A DNA stretch of 64,000 bases from Squalus acanthias (taxonomy: Eukaryota), in contig CM059446.1 of assembly GCA_030390025.1 (NCBI GenBank), positions 2,914,001-2,978,000 of the forward strand. The letters run 5' to 3'. The stretch's first letter is position 1, and every line of letters begins with the position of its first letter. Below, one piece after another: positions 25,620-39,477 of this stretch. Under the pieces are notes generated by a model. That model made no database searches. It saw only the letters and a list, made by a program, of their open reading frames with translations, and was not told where the DNA came from. Position numbers and translations under genes: made by a program.

Positions 25620-26924
25620 TACTTCAGTTGTGTTTGCCAGCCAGTTATCCACAGCCACAAAAGTGGCGTTTAGTAGATAATTCACAGCAAAGGGCACGTG
25701 CACCATCTAGTGGTGGAAAATTACTATGGCAGGTGCTGCTTCTCTCATTCAGCCCGCATTTCAGCCAATGAGCACCAGACGGGGAAAGCAGCAGCCATAT
25801 CTGTGTGAAAGCCCCTCGCACGAGGGCCTAGATTAAGCAATTGATGAATAATCCTGATACTTGACTGTGGACATCTGGAATATCAGTGGCTAGCATGCTG
25901 TCCTGTGTAGTTCCTTCCATCACAATGAAAGCGGATTTCCATCATCTAGCTGATGAGCAAACTCTATGACTTGGCACAACAGCTGCTCAAAAACGTTACC
26001 TGGAAGTTGGGTATGAGAAAGATACTGTCTTTTGGGAAGGTGATCTTCTCCCAATCCCGCTTTCAAACTGCCCTGCCTGGCTAGGAGGAAATTACAACAG
26101 GCTAGTAGCGGCTTCACATTGGTGGCTGTTAGGAATGCCCTTTTGCAAATCTGTCAATGGGAGGAAAATCCAGGCCAGTGCCTGATGTAGTCTGCAGCAA
26201 TCACCTTGATTCATTTAAGCTAAATAAAATAAACCAATAAATACATTCTCCCAAATCATACTTCAAGGCTCAGTGGGAATAGTGTGCAAAATTGTTTTTT
26301 TTTAACCGTAATTTCTTCCCCATCATTCCCCCCCACTACCATTTTCATTGTGAAAACCTAATAATTTTCTCCCAGATTTTCACGGTTTTCATTTATTAAA
26401 GTAAAGCTGACAAGTTGTTAGGACTCTGCTGTGCTGCTTTAAAAAAAAAAAAGTCCGAACTATTGGGAACAGATACCCAAGCTGATGTCAGATACCCTCG
26501 GCAGTCGAAAGCATCCTGCTATGTAGACGTGATGGCTGACTTTCTGGTTCCTAGCGATTCTCTAAACTAAGCTCCTAGAACTGTTGTGATTGGGAAGACA
26601 GTCTTTCATCAAATCAAAACCAGCCTGGGTGTTGTCAGAGCGCAGTGGGGAGCTGGAAAGCTATTCTGTGCACTGTGTCTAAAACCACAGCCTGTCCAAC
26701 TTACTCCTGTCTTTCTCACTTTGTCCATGGGCAGGCAAACTTTTTGGGGGGGGGCAAGAGGTGGCTTTAACTTTACCCCAGGATTCAAATATTCCAGTCA
26801 TAGTGCAGCGCAAGGGTTGAGAGCAAGTAACCCTTCCCCTCTCTGGTCCCTCACTCCCGGCAGTGATCGAAAGTTTGCTGCCGCTGTTACAGATAGAAAT
26901 TCGTGACCGTTTCTGAGGATTTCC

Positions 26925-27075
26925 CCATAGCCCTGCAGATTTCTCCTTTTTTAATATTTATCCAATTCCCTTTTGAAAGTTGCCATTGAATCTCCTTCCA
27001 CCGCCCTTTTGGGCAGCGCATTCCAGATCAGAATAACTTCCTGCGTGTAAAAAAAAAAATCTCCTAATTTCCCCC
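26925..27075 (-). mobile_element. CR1 3' fragment
   Basis: tttatccaattcccttttgaaagtt...gcgcattccagatc, the reverse complement of the CR1 WNALP region. Confidence 0.7.
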
Positions 27076-28128
27076 CCGGGATTTTTTGCAAGTTTCAACC
27101 ATGACTGAACCTAAGTGTCTGTGAAGTTGGCAATACTGCAGCATTCTGGCTCTGGAATGCTGGCTATTTATGCTCCTACCTCTCCTCCACCCACCCATGG
27201 TCATTGTCCAATAGCCTCTGATGTTGAAGTTGGCTTGGAAGTAACCGACCGCTCAGGAGGGTGTTCAGCAAGAAGCGCTTTACATTGTAACTCTTTTATA
27301 TTGTTCGCATACTTTCAGTTTTATACAAAACTTCAACAACGTAATTTGTTTTAATTTTGTCGACTGACGAATAAATTCTGACTTGACTTAAAATGTGTTA
27401 AATTACGTTTGAAAAATGTTGTACTGTATTCAGACTAGAAATAGAGCTACAGTGCTACTGCTAAATCTACTGAGATCAACTCACTGGATGTTGAGGTTCT
27501 GTTTCATACTTTGGGAAGCTTCCATGTCCCTGAATGGTAGAACTATTGGCCAACAGTGTCTGGCGGTTAATCGTTTTCCTGGAAGAGTAATACAGCAGCT
27601 GCCTCTGACAAATGGTCAGTATAATTGATGAGGAAGTGAGTCCGTTCCTCCCCCCAGCACTTTCCACTGGAACCCAACACCATGCCTGTAGATGGGTCGT
27701 ATTAATCAGTGATGTGCTGCTGCCGACCGACTGAATAACAGATTTTGAAGAAATGGGAATCTTTCCTTTGGTTGTTCAGCTGTTAATTTAAACAACTAAA
27801 ATCTTCTGTAATTTTGCTAGGATGTTCATGATGGTGTCACTTAACCCATCTCGGTCCTCATCCTGCTTTTTGTTTACAAATTAAGAAACTGCCTAGCTGC
27901 AACATTCAGAAATTAATTTGTACCAAAATCCATGTTTTCCCCCCACTAGCCTGATTATATTATGCTGAAGATTGTAGCACACTTCTTAAAAAAATAATTC
28001 AAAAAACAATATATTGTCTCAAAATATAAAATAAGAATTTCCTTTTTTTTATTCACCCCGCCCCCACCCCCCCACCCCCCTCCCGTGCTGAACTAATTGA
28101 CTCTTGTCGTACAGTTCTACCGGTGCCC

Positions 28129-28226
28129 GGCTCCCCCCTATACCTTATCCAAGTGTCCATTCTTCATGTGAGTCTGGGGCTCCCCCCTATACCTTATCCA
28201 AGTGTCCATTCTTCATGTGAGTCTGG
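28129..28226. repeat. Perfect 2 x 49-bp tandem duplication
   Basis: ggctcccccctataccttatccaagtgtccattcttcatgtgagtctgg at 28129-28177 and 28178-28226. Confidence 0.95.
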
Positions 28227-30359
28227 ACAATTAGACTAAAATAGAATCCGCACCCTTGTGGTAAAACATCAGTCGGGGAACGAAGAGCACAACCTAGATA
28301 CCTTGAGATTGCTCTTGAGTACAGGAAGTTTGTTGATCAGTTGATGTGTTGAATTACTTTAAAGAATGTGCTGTTGATAGCATCAGATGAAAAGGCCTCT
28401 TAGTACTGATGAAATATTGTGGTTCTCTGGAAAAAGTTCAGATGCTGAAAAGCATTCTCCAATTTGCGTCCAGTGAAATGACAAATGGTTCAAAGTACCC
28501 GTGAGCGCTCAACAAAAATGCTATCGCTACATCATGGCGGCATCACAGTCGAAGTGATCATTGACAGCCATAAGGTACCTGCCAATGGAAGCTGGGCTAT
28601 CAAAGCTGCAGGTTAATAACCTGTTCTGTGCTGGTATTGGATTGATAGCACAGTCAAGAGGCGAGGCTGAAACCCGTTGCTTTTGGAGCTCCGGAATAGG
28701 TCTGAAAATATGTGAGGCGCCTCAAGATTTCAGTATTTAGAGTTCTCTCCATTGACGTGTATGCTTCCTTCGCCTAATTGGGTTGATGGGTTTGAGCATC
28801 GAGGAGATCCGCTCAAAGGCGAAGCGACGTGTATCAAAAATGTTGAGCTCCGTTGGCCGAGTGACTGCAGCTGCGCAAAAGTTAGTGACTTTAGGAATGT
28901 TCGCAATAGCCCTGCACAAATCCAAGAACGAGCCTGCTGAACCTTGATCATCGGTGCTGATAATTAAATTGGAAGTAAGTGTTCAAAAGCTGAGAATGTA
29001 AGGAGACTTCTAAGTGCTTGAAATGAGTTTCTGTGTGTGACGAGAGATTGAGGAATAGGAGGATACTGTGCAGGTTCGGGGATAGAGAAAGCCATAGAAG
29101 TGATCCAAAAACAGAGACCCACGAACATTGGATTGTGGCACAGATGTACATTGAGTTCTACCCAATAATTTTGTCCATGGCTAATTTAGGGGCACTTGAC
29201 CTGCCCTGAGGAAGACTGCACCAACGCATTGACTCTATTGTATCTAAAAGGAATAATGACTCAAAGGGCCGTAAGAGATGGAAGCTGGTGGGCAAGCTGT
29301 GGGCGTGTGTTGCTTTTCTGCTACTTTGGTATTGAATAATTGTTCAATAGTGGCACAGTTGTAGACTTAGTAATGTTTAACCGTTCCCACAGTCAACTTA
29401 GTTCATTTTTGCATGTTGGGCCTTAAATATAATATTTTTGGAAGGTGTATCTGGCAGTCTGATTGCCCCTGCTGGGTACAGACACTCCTTGCTTATGAGA
29501 TTCTTGTAGGCAAGATGAGCAACAGAATTCTTTTTTACATTTCAGGGAATAATGCCCCAAGACTCTGCATATTAAGAATTTAGTGTGAATGTTTGCACAC
29601 AACACAAATTTGGTGACTTTTACAGTACAGAAAGAAATTAATTCACTATTAAACAGTGCACAATATTGTTCCCCAGCACATATAGCTGCTTGCTGTGAAA
29701 GAAACCCAAAACCTAATAGTAGCCAAGTGTAGTATAGCATTTCGGTGTGATGGGGACTTGGGAGATGCAATGCATCTTCACACAGTCCTTTCACCATGGG
29801 ACATGAGTTTGTAATCTGCCCAAATCGATGGGGTGAAATTCTGCCTTTCTTCGTTGTAAGGGATGTAAGTGAACAAGTTAGGTCATTTCATTAACATTCT
29901 CATAAGGCAGGGACCCACTGGACTAAACTGGCATTCTTCATTTCATATTGGTGCAATTTGGCAAAGCACAGCAAGGACTCTATTGTCCAGCACACACTCG
30001 TACCTCACTGTGATACCAAAATTCATACCAAAAAATATGCTGTAGTGTAAGTTCAAACCTGTAATGCCGTTTTAGTTCAAATAACTAAGCAGCTTAAGTT
30101 GCAAGCGCAGTTTGACATTATCTGAGCCTCTGAACTCCCTAGTCGGTGTAATCACTCCTTGGAATAAATGACTGGCTCCTTATTTATTGAAAATCTGTGG
30201 TCTTTCAACAAATCACTTTCTGTTTTTTAGTTTGCTTTTTTAAAAAAGTGTACATCACCATACCTGTTTTCATACTTACTAAAAAGTACTATATTTGAAC
30301 CAAAATTTTTAGACAAAAACAAATTTGTATAGTTAAATTGTTAAATCTGCTTCATATAG

Positions 30360-30533
30360 ATGAAAACTACAGTCATCCCATGCGAAGTGAGTTGGATGAA
30401 CTGGAAGAGGAGATTAAAAGGAGAACTAAAGAAGAGGAACTGAGGAGAAAGAAACTGCGGGAAAAGGAAGCAGCTATGGTGTTCAACCCCCGACCGAGCA
30501 AATTCATGGACCTGGATGAGCTGCAGAATCAGG
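30360..30533 (+). CDS. USP54: USP54 exon, coiled coil ([17 protein letters not shown]...MDLDELQNQ)
   Basis: atatag acceptor, gtgagt donor, 174 nt, phase 1-1. Confidence 0.93.
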
Positions 30534-31237
30534 GTGAGTGTTTGGCTGCTGTCTGGCCCCGGCCTATAATACAACATTTGTTTCAGGTCCACATTAAGGG
30601 AAACTAATTAAAGGCACGTAGTTCTATGCTTCTAATAAATGTTGTGGGTACATTGTAGCTGAGCTCACTCTGGTCCTCCAGCAGCGAGCTCACACATGCG
30701 CTTTCCAGCCACAATCACTGGGTACTGATCACAAATGGAAAACGAGCTGATCTATCTCTGATATTAGTGTCCCCATTACCTGAATTGAGTTCAGTTAAGT
30801 TAAGAAACAAGCCTGGGACCTAAAAGGCTCCGTACCACACTATGTAGTACACTTGCACAATTAATAGGAGAGTATGTTTTTATTTTATAATTCTGTTAAG
30901 TGTTGCTGAAGTTGAGGAAACTGGGTTTCATCACAAGTAGACATCGCAACAGTTTGTCGGGGAATCTTCCATTTTGTCAAGATTATATTCCCCCTGCTCT
31001 CAAAGGATATTTTCCCTAATCTTGTAAATTTAATCTCAATCTACTGGAATAGTTCATTTAGCAAGAAAGGAACAAACTGAAATATGGCAGCACTTGTTGG
31101 CTGGAGGATACTTTACTTCAGAAGACTACATTTTAATAAGGGTTCAGTTAGCAGCCAGAATGTAATTCCAAAGTATGATCGATATTCTCTCATTACTGTC
31201 GATCCTTCAATTAAATATTTCCAATTGTTTTTGATTG

Positions 31238-31555
31238 GGTAGATAGAAGAAAAACTACTCCCTCTAGCAAGTGGGTCAATAACCAGAGGTCATAGATTTA
31301 AAATCATTGGCAAAAAATCTAGAGATGAGAATTGTTTTCACTGAGTTGTGGGGATCTGGGACGCTCTGCCTGAAAAGGTGGTGGAAGCTGATTCCATCAA
31401 TAATTTTAAGAGGGAGCTGGACAGGTACTTGAGGGTGAGGAACTCAAAGTTACAGACAAAAAGCTGGGGTGTGGGACTAAACACGACTGCTCTTTCAAAG
31501 ATCCAGCACAGAATCGACTGGCTGAATGGCCTCCTCTGCTGTAAGATTCTATGAA
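31238..31555 (+). mobile_element. CR1 3' end fragment
   Basis: TRGHRFKII, GIWDALPEKVVEADSINNFKRELDRYL and 3' UTR. Confidence 0.88.
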
Positions 31556-31839
31556 TTGGAGATGCTAGAAATTTGTTTCAACAGTGTTGGTGTCCAGCAT
31601 AACAATTTCCAACATTGCTTTCCTCTTGCATTTGGTATAATTTCTTGAGTGAGATGGCAAGCAGAGAGTCTGCTGCAGTGTCTCTGGTGCTGTGCATTCA
31701 GTTGCTGGGAGGGGTGCTAGGGGTGACTTGTCATATTTCTTTTATTTTACCCACCCTCCTGAGGCATGGCCCGCTTCCACTTTGCAGCACTTCTGGTTGA
31801 AGCAGTTGGGGAAAGGAACTTGCTCTGCAAGCCCAAGTC

Positions 31840-32290
31840 TGACCAAGCAATAGAGAGAGGGAGAAAGAAGTTGAGATATACAACAGTGAAGTGCTTGACT
31901 AAAGGGGAAGACCCGGCAAATCAAGAAGTTGTGATTTGGGCGAAACCAAATTCTAGAAGCCTGAAGATAATGAGAGGTGGGGAATACCGAGGGGCGGTAA
32001 ATGGCTCGATAGTTTTTAGGCTCCAGGAAATTACGAGTTAGACTAAGAGATGGCGTTGACGACTCTTGATTATGGCGAGGATGTAAGCAGGATTATCTCG
32101 AATTGCATATTTTGAGCTTAAGCAGGAGAAAAGTTCAGAGGAGCACTTGATTATAGCAGGGTCTACAAAATAGGGGAGGGCTTTTATTGGATCCTGTCCA
32201 GTAAGCTCGGAGAGGTGCGAGCCTTCCCACATAAGGGAGCAGTACTCCAGTGTCTGCAGACGTAACTTGAAAAACCTGCAAGTTTTCTCA
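31840..32290 (-). mobile_element. Ancient LINE RT C-terminal remnant (CR1/Jockey-like)
   Basis: Minus-strand fragments TLEYCSLMWEGS, SLLDRIQ, KCSSEL across frameshifts. Confidence 0.4.
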
Positions 32291-33666
32291 AATATGAAGG
32301 CACACTAATAACCTCATGACCTAGTGTGAAACAGCAATGACCAGTTTGGGAAATGTGAACCTCCAATATCACTGCTAGGAAACTTACGGGGGAATTTATT
32401 TCACCACCTCATTTGTATGTTCCCCTTAAAAGTTTGTAGTTCTAAATTAAATGTACTTTTGATAAAACAATACCACCATCTATGTGAAGGAGCATCAGTA
32501 AAACAGAACTGCTTCACGTGCCAGTGTAATATTTTTTGGTGCTTTATAAGGGTACAAGCATTTGAAATTTGTTTTGGGATTTGTATAATTTCCTCCATTT
32601 TCACGGTTATGTTATCTTAGCTGATTTACAGCTACATTAAGGTTAGCATGCAGGCCCATCTAACCTTCTTACAGACTGTCTGTTATTTTATTGTGATTAT
32701 TCATGCTTTTATGAATAGACAGCAAGAGGAAAAGCATGTGACTGAGCTGACCTTTTAAATTCAATCTGTTAATTTTTTCACCCACATACTTTGCCGTGTT
32801 TCCACAACCTTCCTTTGTTATTTCTTTGTTTGACCCCCTTATAATATATCTGACTTTCTCCTCATTGCCGTTGGATTACTTTCTCTTTGGTAATATGGAT
32901 CGTTTCATTAGATTTTTTGGTAAAACTTTTTAATGTCACAGCTTACTGAATCGTCTAAAGGTGTATTTATATTACAGGATTGCAGCTGCTGCATTCCTTA
33001 GTGTAAATGACCCATCCACCTGGCGCCAACCATTTTGCAGGCCCACAAAAATCATTGGTGCTTGGGAATCTACTGTGTGGTTAAGGTGGCTAGTTCTCGT
33101 AAAGTAAATGGTTGGAGTTGGTCCCCTTGTTTGCACTCTAATTACAACTATGTTTCTGCATTACACGGGGGAGCCCAGCACTTCTGGTGTCTTGCAGATT
33201 TCGTGGCATTGCTCGCAGTAAGTATTTTATAATGACTGGAGCGTTGAATCACGTAACAGTGTATTCGCTGCTAATCTGGAACTGTGTTTAAGGTTGCCTG
33301 TCACTTTAAAGCCACAATATACAATTCATTTAACTGGAGATGGCATGAGGTTGAGTTTAATTGCTTTTCGGTGAGGGAGATTTGCAGACTGGAAGAGGTT
33401 TGTAAATTTCTGGCTCCAGGTGAAAACAGCAGCCTGAAAATAGGACCTTTTTTTAAAAATAAAAAATCTCTTAATAAATGTTTGACACTCTTAATTGTTA
33501 TGAGAATACTCAAAGCTTTTATATAGAAAACTTGTACCAAAGTATCATCCAAAATTTTAGATTTGAAAGAAGTTGTTGTGTAATAAATTTCTGCTGCTAC
33601 TGAGCATTCATATTACCTTGTTCTTTAATCAAGTGCATGTGAAAAAACTTGATGTTGCTTCTGCAG

Positions 33667-33786
33667 GGAAGACTGACAAGTTTGAGAGATCATTGCAGGA
33701 GGTAGACTCTCTATTAGAACAGTCTTTCCGTCTTGAACAAAAGGATGACTTGGCTGCAGCGCTCAATCTCTGCCATGAAGCTGTGT
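33667..33786 (+). CDS. USP54: USP54 exon, MIT domain part 1 (KTDKFERSLQEVDSLLEQSFRLEQKDDLAAALNLCHEAV)
   Basis: ctgcag acceptor, gtaagt donor, 120 nt, phase 1-1. Confidence 0.94.
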
Positions 33787-34666
33787 GTAAGTAAGCCTAA
33801 CTGCCTCTGCTCGCAGACTAAATGCTCTGCTAACCTGTTATGATATCTTTCCTACTAAAACCTGTTCTTCATTTGGCTAGAAACTGAAGCAAAACCTGCC
33901 AGTTACCCATTTCTTCTTTATATGCATGTCATGTTCCCATTTGGAAATTCTTCAAGCATCAAAAATTGTCTTGAAATCATTTCATCAGAATGTTTTATTG
34001 GGAGTTTTTTTTTGAAAATGTAATTGATGAATATCTGGATTTTCAAATTTGAAATAATATTTGAACCAAGGGTTCATGTCATTTTTAATCAGTTCAAAAC
34101 TATTATTATGTCTATTCTAAAATGCTCTTTTCAAGAGAAACCTTTATAAAATTGTGCTTTATTTTAATTTCGCATTTGCTTTTAGCCAAATATGTACAAA
34201 AACTGTAGTTTTCTTAAATTACACTTACGGTAATTTTAAAACTTGTACTGTTAGATTTTGCTTGAGAATACAGATTCTCAGTGCGGCAAACTAGATAAAC
34301 ATGAATTGCGTTTCGCTCAATATTTCTTTCACGCCTTTGAGCACTTCCATGTTTGAGCACCTTTAATGTCATTGAGGGGCAGAGTAATGATTGTGCCACT
34401 CATTCACTTTATTTTGACATTTGCTTAGCTATGTGGTTATGCATATTCTTAGTAGGATATGTGATTCAATGAGCATTTGATGTGACATTTGATAAGCCGC
34501 TGTGTGCAGAACACCTTTTTGTAATTGAAGCTGTATAACATTGCTGTTACAAATCACTGCTAACATTTCATCAGAACATTTTGTGAGTTTCTCATACTTC
34601 TGTTTTACAACTGCATGTTGTTTGGGTCTGCGTGTGCATTTTTTTTTCTGCTGTTTTGCATTTTAG

Positions 34667-34832
34667 CTAAACTAAGACTTGCTATGCATGAAGGCAGTGC
34701 CAGCACACACAGCAGAGCCCTTGCTGATAAGAAGCTGCATATTTGCATGAAGAAGGTTCGAAGTCTGCAGGAGCGCATGCAACAATCCATCCACTCCCCT
34801 CCACCAGGGGACCCCGTGACTGAATGCAAAAG
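34667..34832 (+). CDS. USP54: USP54 exon, MIT domain part 2 ([39 protein letters not shown]...)
   Basis: ttttag acceptor, gtagta donor, 166 nt, phase 1-2. Confidence 0.93.
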
Positions 34833-35533
34833 GTAGTATCTGAGGATTAAGAGGGACAAACGTCAGATAGAAGCCATTTGAGCATTGATACGGCAAATAA
34901 TGCTTTGAAAATAAGACCTTTTGTTTTATAGAAAATTAGCTTGTCGTTGTTGGACAAAATGTTCAGTAACCATATAAATTATTTTGAAAACTTTCTCATG
35001 GTGCCTTTTTTAAAAAGAAATATACAGAACTGCTATGAGATAGTATGTCACTTGCACTGAATTAAATGAGACTGTTCTTTATGATCAGAATTGTAATGGA
35101 GCAAGTATTAGTCATGCTTCCATAAATTTGAGTAACTTGGGTGGAGGTCTGTGTGGTGTTGGCAACTCCTTTTGAGATTCATTTTAATTTCTAGCCCCTT
35201 GAACATTACATTTCCATGAGATATTTAGAAATATGCAGATTCTACTGTAGAGCAGATGTACAAAATCTTATTTTTTCATGAATTCTAACAATGAGTTGAT
35301 TCCCAGCTTTTCCACTGTGCCTCTCAGCAATTCCTTAGGTGGGACAGTAAGTGGAATACAAAATTATACTTTCTGAAATAAATAACAAAATGCTGATGTA
35401 AGGTTTTAAATGTAGCGTTTAATTAAAACTCGTATCTATTGGTAGAGAGGAGCATGCAGTATGTGTTTTGTTCTGGCATTGAATTGTTTCCACTGTTAAT
35501 CTTCAGAAATAACACAATCATTTTTTATTTCAG

Positions 35534-37056
35534 TGTGCAGGCTAGCCAGGTCCAAGTACTGTTAGCGTCAGAGAGAGTAATGGAACCCATCAGCGAGCCA
35601 GATCACAGGCCCAAATCTTCCCCGGTCCTCTCATCCTCCCATCACCAACTACACGCCCCACATGCATCCAGGTTACACAACCCTCACTCAGAGTCGCATG
35701 GCCAAGCTTCCGCTTCATTGGCTTCTGAACTGAAACAAAACCAATCTGCCAGATACACCACCGAGCTTCCATCTCCCCACAACCGCAATTGGGGTCCAGC
35801 TTTTTACTCTGGGGAGAAGGTGGAGGAGAAATGTGTAACTGGCACAATGCCCAAACGTCGGGTGAAGAATATTGATGAGCCAGTGGAAGAGAAGGATGAG
35901 TCGGACTGTTCAGCACTCAACCATAAACAGAAAATGAACAAACATGGCTCCTTGCCGTTGCTTACGGCTGAATACGGAAACATGAGTCACACGTTTCCAT
36001 CACCACCTCCCCACGTGCAAGTGTTAACACAAAAGGATGAAACAGATGTCTATTCAAACAGCAATTCCCATTCTTTATATTGCAATTCAAGGCAGTTCAA
36101 CACAACTGATACCAAAATCTCTCCATGTACAACTTTGTCTTCCACAAGCTTGAACTGGTCCCCTGTACAATCTGCTACTTACCAATCACACAAAAGTGAT
36201 TTGAATTTGGACATCAACTCAGCAGAGATTGACGGTGCCCATTCACCCAAGTCCAAGACCACAGTTGATGGGGTTAATGTAAAGTCAATGACAGCACAGT
36301 TTCAAAGACTAAATGTCAAGTTGGGCCAGGGAAATCATGAAGGTAATTCTAAAAGTGTATGTTCGAATTTTCCGCCAAAGAAATTTGATCAGGAAGTATC
36401 CCAGCTACCTCTGACTTCGAATCAAAAGATGGGGGTTCTCCAAGACAAGGATCAGTTGGGCAGCGCAAAGCGGTCTTCTGACAGCTTATATCCTCCCCAG
36501 GTTTCACACAGACCTTTGGATTGTAAAGCTGAGGTGCCTGTTTCTTCATCTGCTCCTACTTACAGAGCAAAGACTGATGCTGTTGCAAGAGACGTAAACA
36601 GTCACTCCAGAGGGTCAGATTTTTCACCTGCCCCTCAAACAGATGAGACATATGGACAAAGATACCAAAATGCTGTCCAATCATTTTTCAGAGAAACCTG
36701 TTCCAGCAACACCCCTGAACCAGTGAGACAGCAAAATGAGCTTTCTGTTAGTACTGCTTCTGTGCCTGTAGACCGATGGATTGACGGTGTCAGAAAACAT
36801 TACATGTCTCAGCCAGATTACAAAAACAGTGAACAGCAACACCTGCATGGTAATCTGCCCAGTCAAGAAAATAATACACACAATCATGGAAAACAACACG
36901 TGCAGCCATTTAATAGTAAAGATCAGGATATAGAGCTGGAGTTTTCAGAGCTGGAATCCCTGTATCAAGCAAGTCTGCAGGCTTCCGAGAGTAGCAGATA
37001 TTCACCAGGGAGACGGTTGGCTGAGAACGCCACCAGACAAAGTAGCGTGAAACCAG
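35534..37056 (+). CDS. USP54: USP54 large exon, low-complexity/disordered region (VQASQVQVLL...VKSMTAQFQ...SELESLYQASLQAS...VKP)
   Basis: tttcag acceptor, gtgagg donor, 1523 nt, phase 2-1; lies within the 546-aa ORF 35439..37079. Confidence 0.93.
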
Positions 37057-37399
37057 GTGAGGATCGACACCCACGATAAGCAAGTAATAGCATTTCCAAT
37101 TTTTTGGAAAGTGTACCAAAATTCGAATGTATTATTTATGGTGTTCAGTAATTAAGGACAAATTGCTCAGTTACTGAATGTTTTGTTTAAGCGGTGAGAT
37201 TTAGATGGAACCCGGGGAGTTTGCTGGGAGAGGAGTACTTCAGCTTGACCGTGCAGGGAAGATCAATCACCATGCTAGATTGAAGTGTCACCACTAAGAC
37301 ATCTTGGGTTAATGGTCATCTCTTTTAACTTTGCATCCTCATGCTGCCTGGCTCATCAATTCCAAGTCATTTGCGGATTATTTAAATGAAATAGACTAA

Positions 37400-38075
37400 A
37401 CTAAAGAAGATTCTTGATTTATCAATCTCCATGTACAGTTTGACCACCAAGCGCCCCTTCCTGGCCCCCACGCTAGTTAACAGCATAAATGTTTCCCTCT
37501 CAGGTAGTGTAACCCCCCTCCCTTTCAAAACTGCTGCCATCACCCCCTTTAAAAAACCCAGCCCTTTCTCCTTGCAAACTACCGCCTCCTTTCCGACCTC
37601 CCTTTCCTCTCTAGTCCTCGAACATGTTGTCACCTCCCAAATCCATGACCAGCTTTCGTGCCAGCCTCTGTTTGAATCTCTCCAATCAGGTTTCTGCCTT
37701 TGCCACAGCACCAAAACGGCCCTAAACCAAGTCACAAATGCCAACCTCTGTGTCTATGACCACGGTGAATTGTCCCTTTTCATCCTTGACTTCTTTGCAG
37801 CCACTGAAACAGTTAACCACACCATCCTCCTCCAATGCCTCTCCTCCACTGTCCAATTTGGTAGGACAGCCTTCACTTAGTTCCACTTTTTACAGTTGAT
37901 CATACCTGGAGCATCTTGCAGCAATGGCTTCTCTTCCTACCTCCCAACCATTCCCCCTGGAGTTCTCGAAGGATCTATCCTTAACCACCTCCTCTTCCTC
38001 GCCTACTTGCTACCCCTTGGTGACATCATCCATAGACATGGGCTCAATTTCCACATGTATGATGATGACACCTTG
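37400..38075 (+). mobile_element. L2 LINE RT fragment
   Basis: FESLQSGFC..HSTKTALNQVTN, TVNHTILLQCL, GVLEGSILNHLLF, FHMYDDDT. Confidence 0.88.
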
Positions 38076-39477
38076 GTCTTACTTTGATAAAATAACTATT
38101 TAAAAACTTTTCCCCTCTCTGCTTTGCTTAGTACCCGTTGCAATCTTTGACACCCTGGACCAGCATCAGTTTGATTTCAGTTGAGTTTTCCGGTTGGTAC
38201 CAGCACCTAGATTTAAGAATTCAATGTCATAAATCTTTACCAGTGATCGATAATCAATACAGGTTTATGTGCTTGGAAAGATTAATGCAGTCTTGGTAAG
38301 AGGGCTTGAAATGACCATCTCCTTCAGTGGAATACTCGAGTACAACAATTTCTAAGCTAGATTTCCACTGCTCAATAAAGATGGCTTGTGCCCTGGCCGT
38401 ATAAAGTGTCTGTTGCAGCTCCAAGTCATGCCTCAGGTTGGTGCATGTGGAGCTTTTGGTTTTTGCCCTGATTTGCCAGGTGCTCTGAAGATGAAAAGGT
38501 AGAAGGCGAGGAGCACATCCTTCAATGGTACCAGTGGGCTCGGGCGGCTTCTTTGCGGCATGTTGGCATTTTCTGTTTCTTTTGAAGAATGCGGTACTAC
38601 TCAGCACCTGGTTGGGTATCGAAGCAGCAGAGAGTTCTGATGTCAGTAGACTTTCCGTTTGCATCTGGTGCATGTGCCAACTTGTCACATCTTTCTTGGT
38701 TTCAACTTCCTTCTGTGTAGGCTGCTATTAAGGTTAGTTAGGAAACATTGGTGCTGGTTACTTCAGGGGCAACAGGGATTGAGGAAAGTGCATACCTTTC
38801 TTTGGTGGGGTCATGTTCCTAAGAATTTTTATAAAGGGTTCTTTAAATTAAAAGGGGTCTTTCCTTATGGAAGGAGTCCATGTTTGAAATCACATGATAG
38901 ATTTTAAACATGGAATTAAATCTTAATCTCAGACATTTAGTTTGAAGATAAATATTGCAGTGAGTTTATAATAGTGTTGAGATTAAAGTGTAAAATTTGC
39001 GGCAGTAGTGTGTTCCCCTCTGAAAAATTCCTCGATTGGCAAGCTGAAAATGGCACCAAACCAGATTGGCCTGGCAGGTTTGCAGAGTAAAGTAATGCAT
39101 TCTTCCTGTAAACACTGTGTTGCAAGACTACAGCGTGTATGTGGAGGCAGAATGTGAACTGTACATTCAGGTCTACGTACCTCTTACGTGATGGAAGAAT
39201 GTAATGTTCTAAAGGGTTTCACTTCGACTCAAAATATGTCAGCAGTCTGCTCACGATTAGTTACAGATCAAGTAAAGTTAGGCTTAGTTAAGTTAGAGCA
39301 ACGGTTTTAAAATTTTACTGTGTTGGGGAATCCCACAAATATTAACGTGCTCCAAGAGATCTCTTGTCTTAACTTCCAAAAGACACTTCCCCAAAGGAAA
39401 AGAGTGGCATCATTGCAGGGAACCTTTTTTTAAAATCAGAATACAGCAGAAGAAAACGATCTGTTAATAAGTCAGGG

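Noticed and set aside
35439-37079. Stand-alone 546-aa gene
   Set aside because: It is the large internal USP54 exon (35534-37056) with intronic run-in and run-out.
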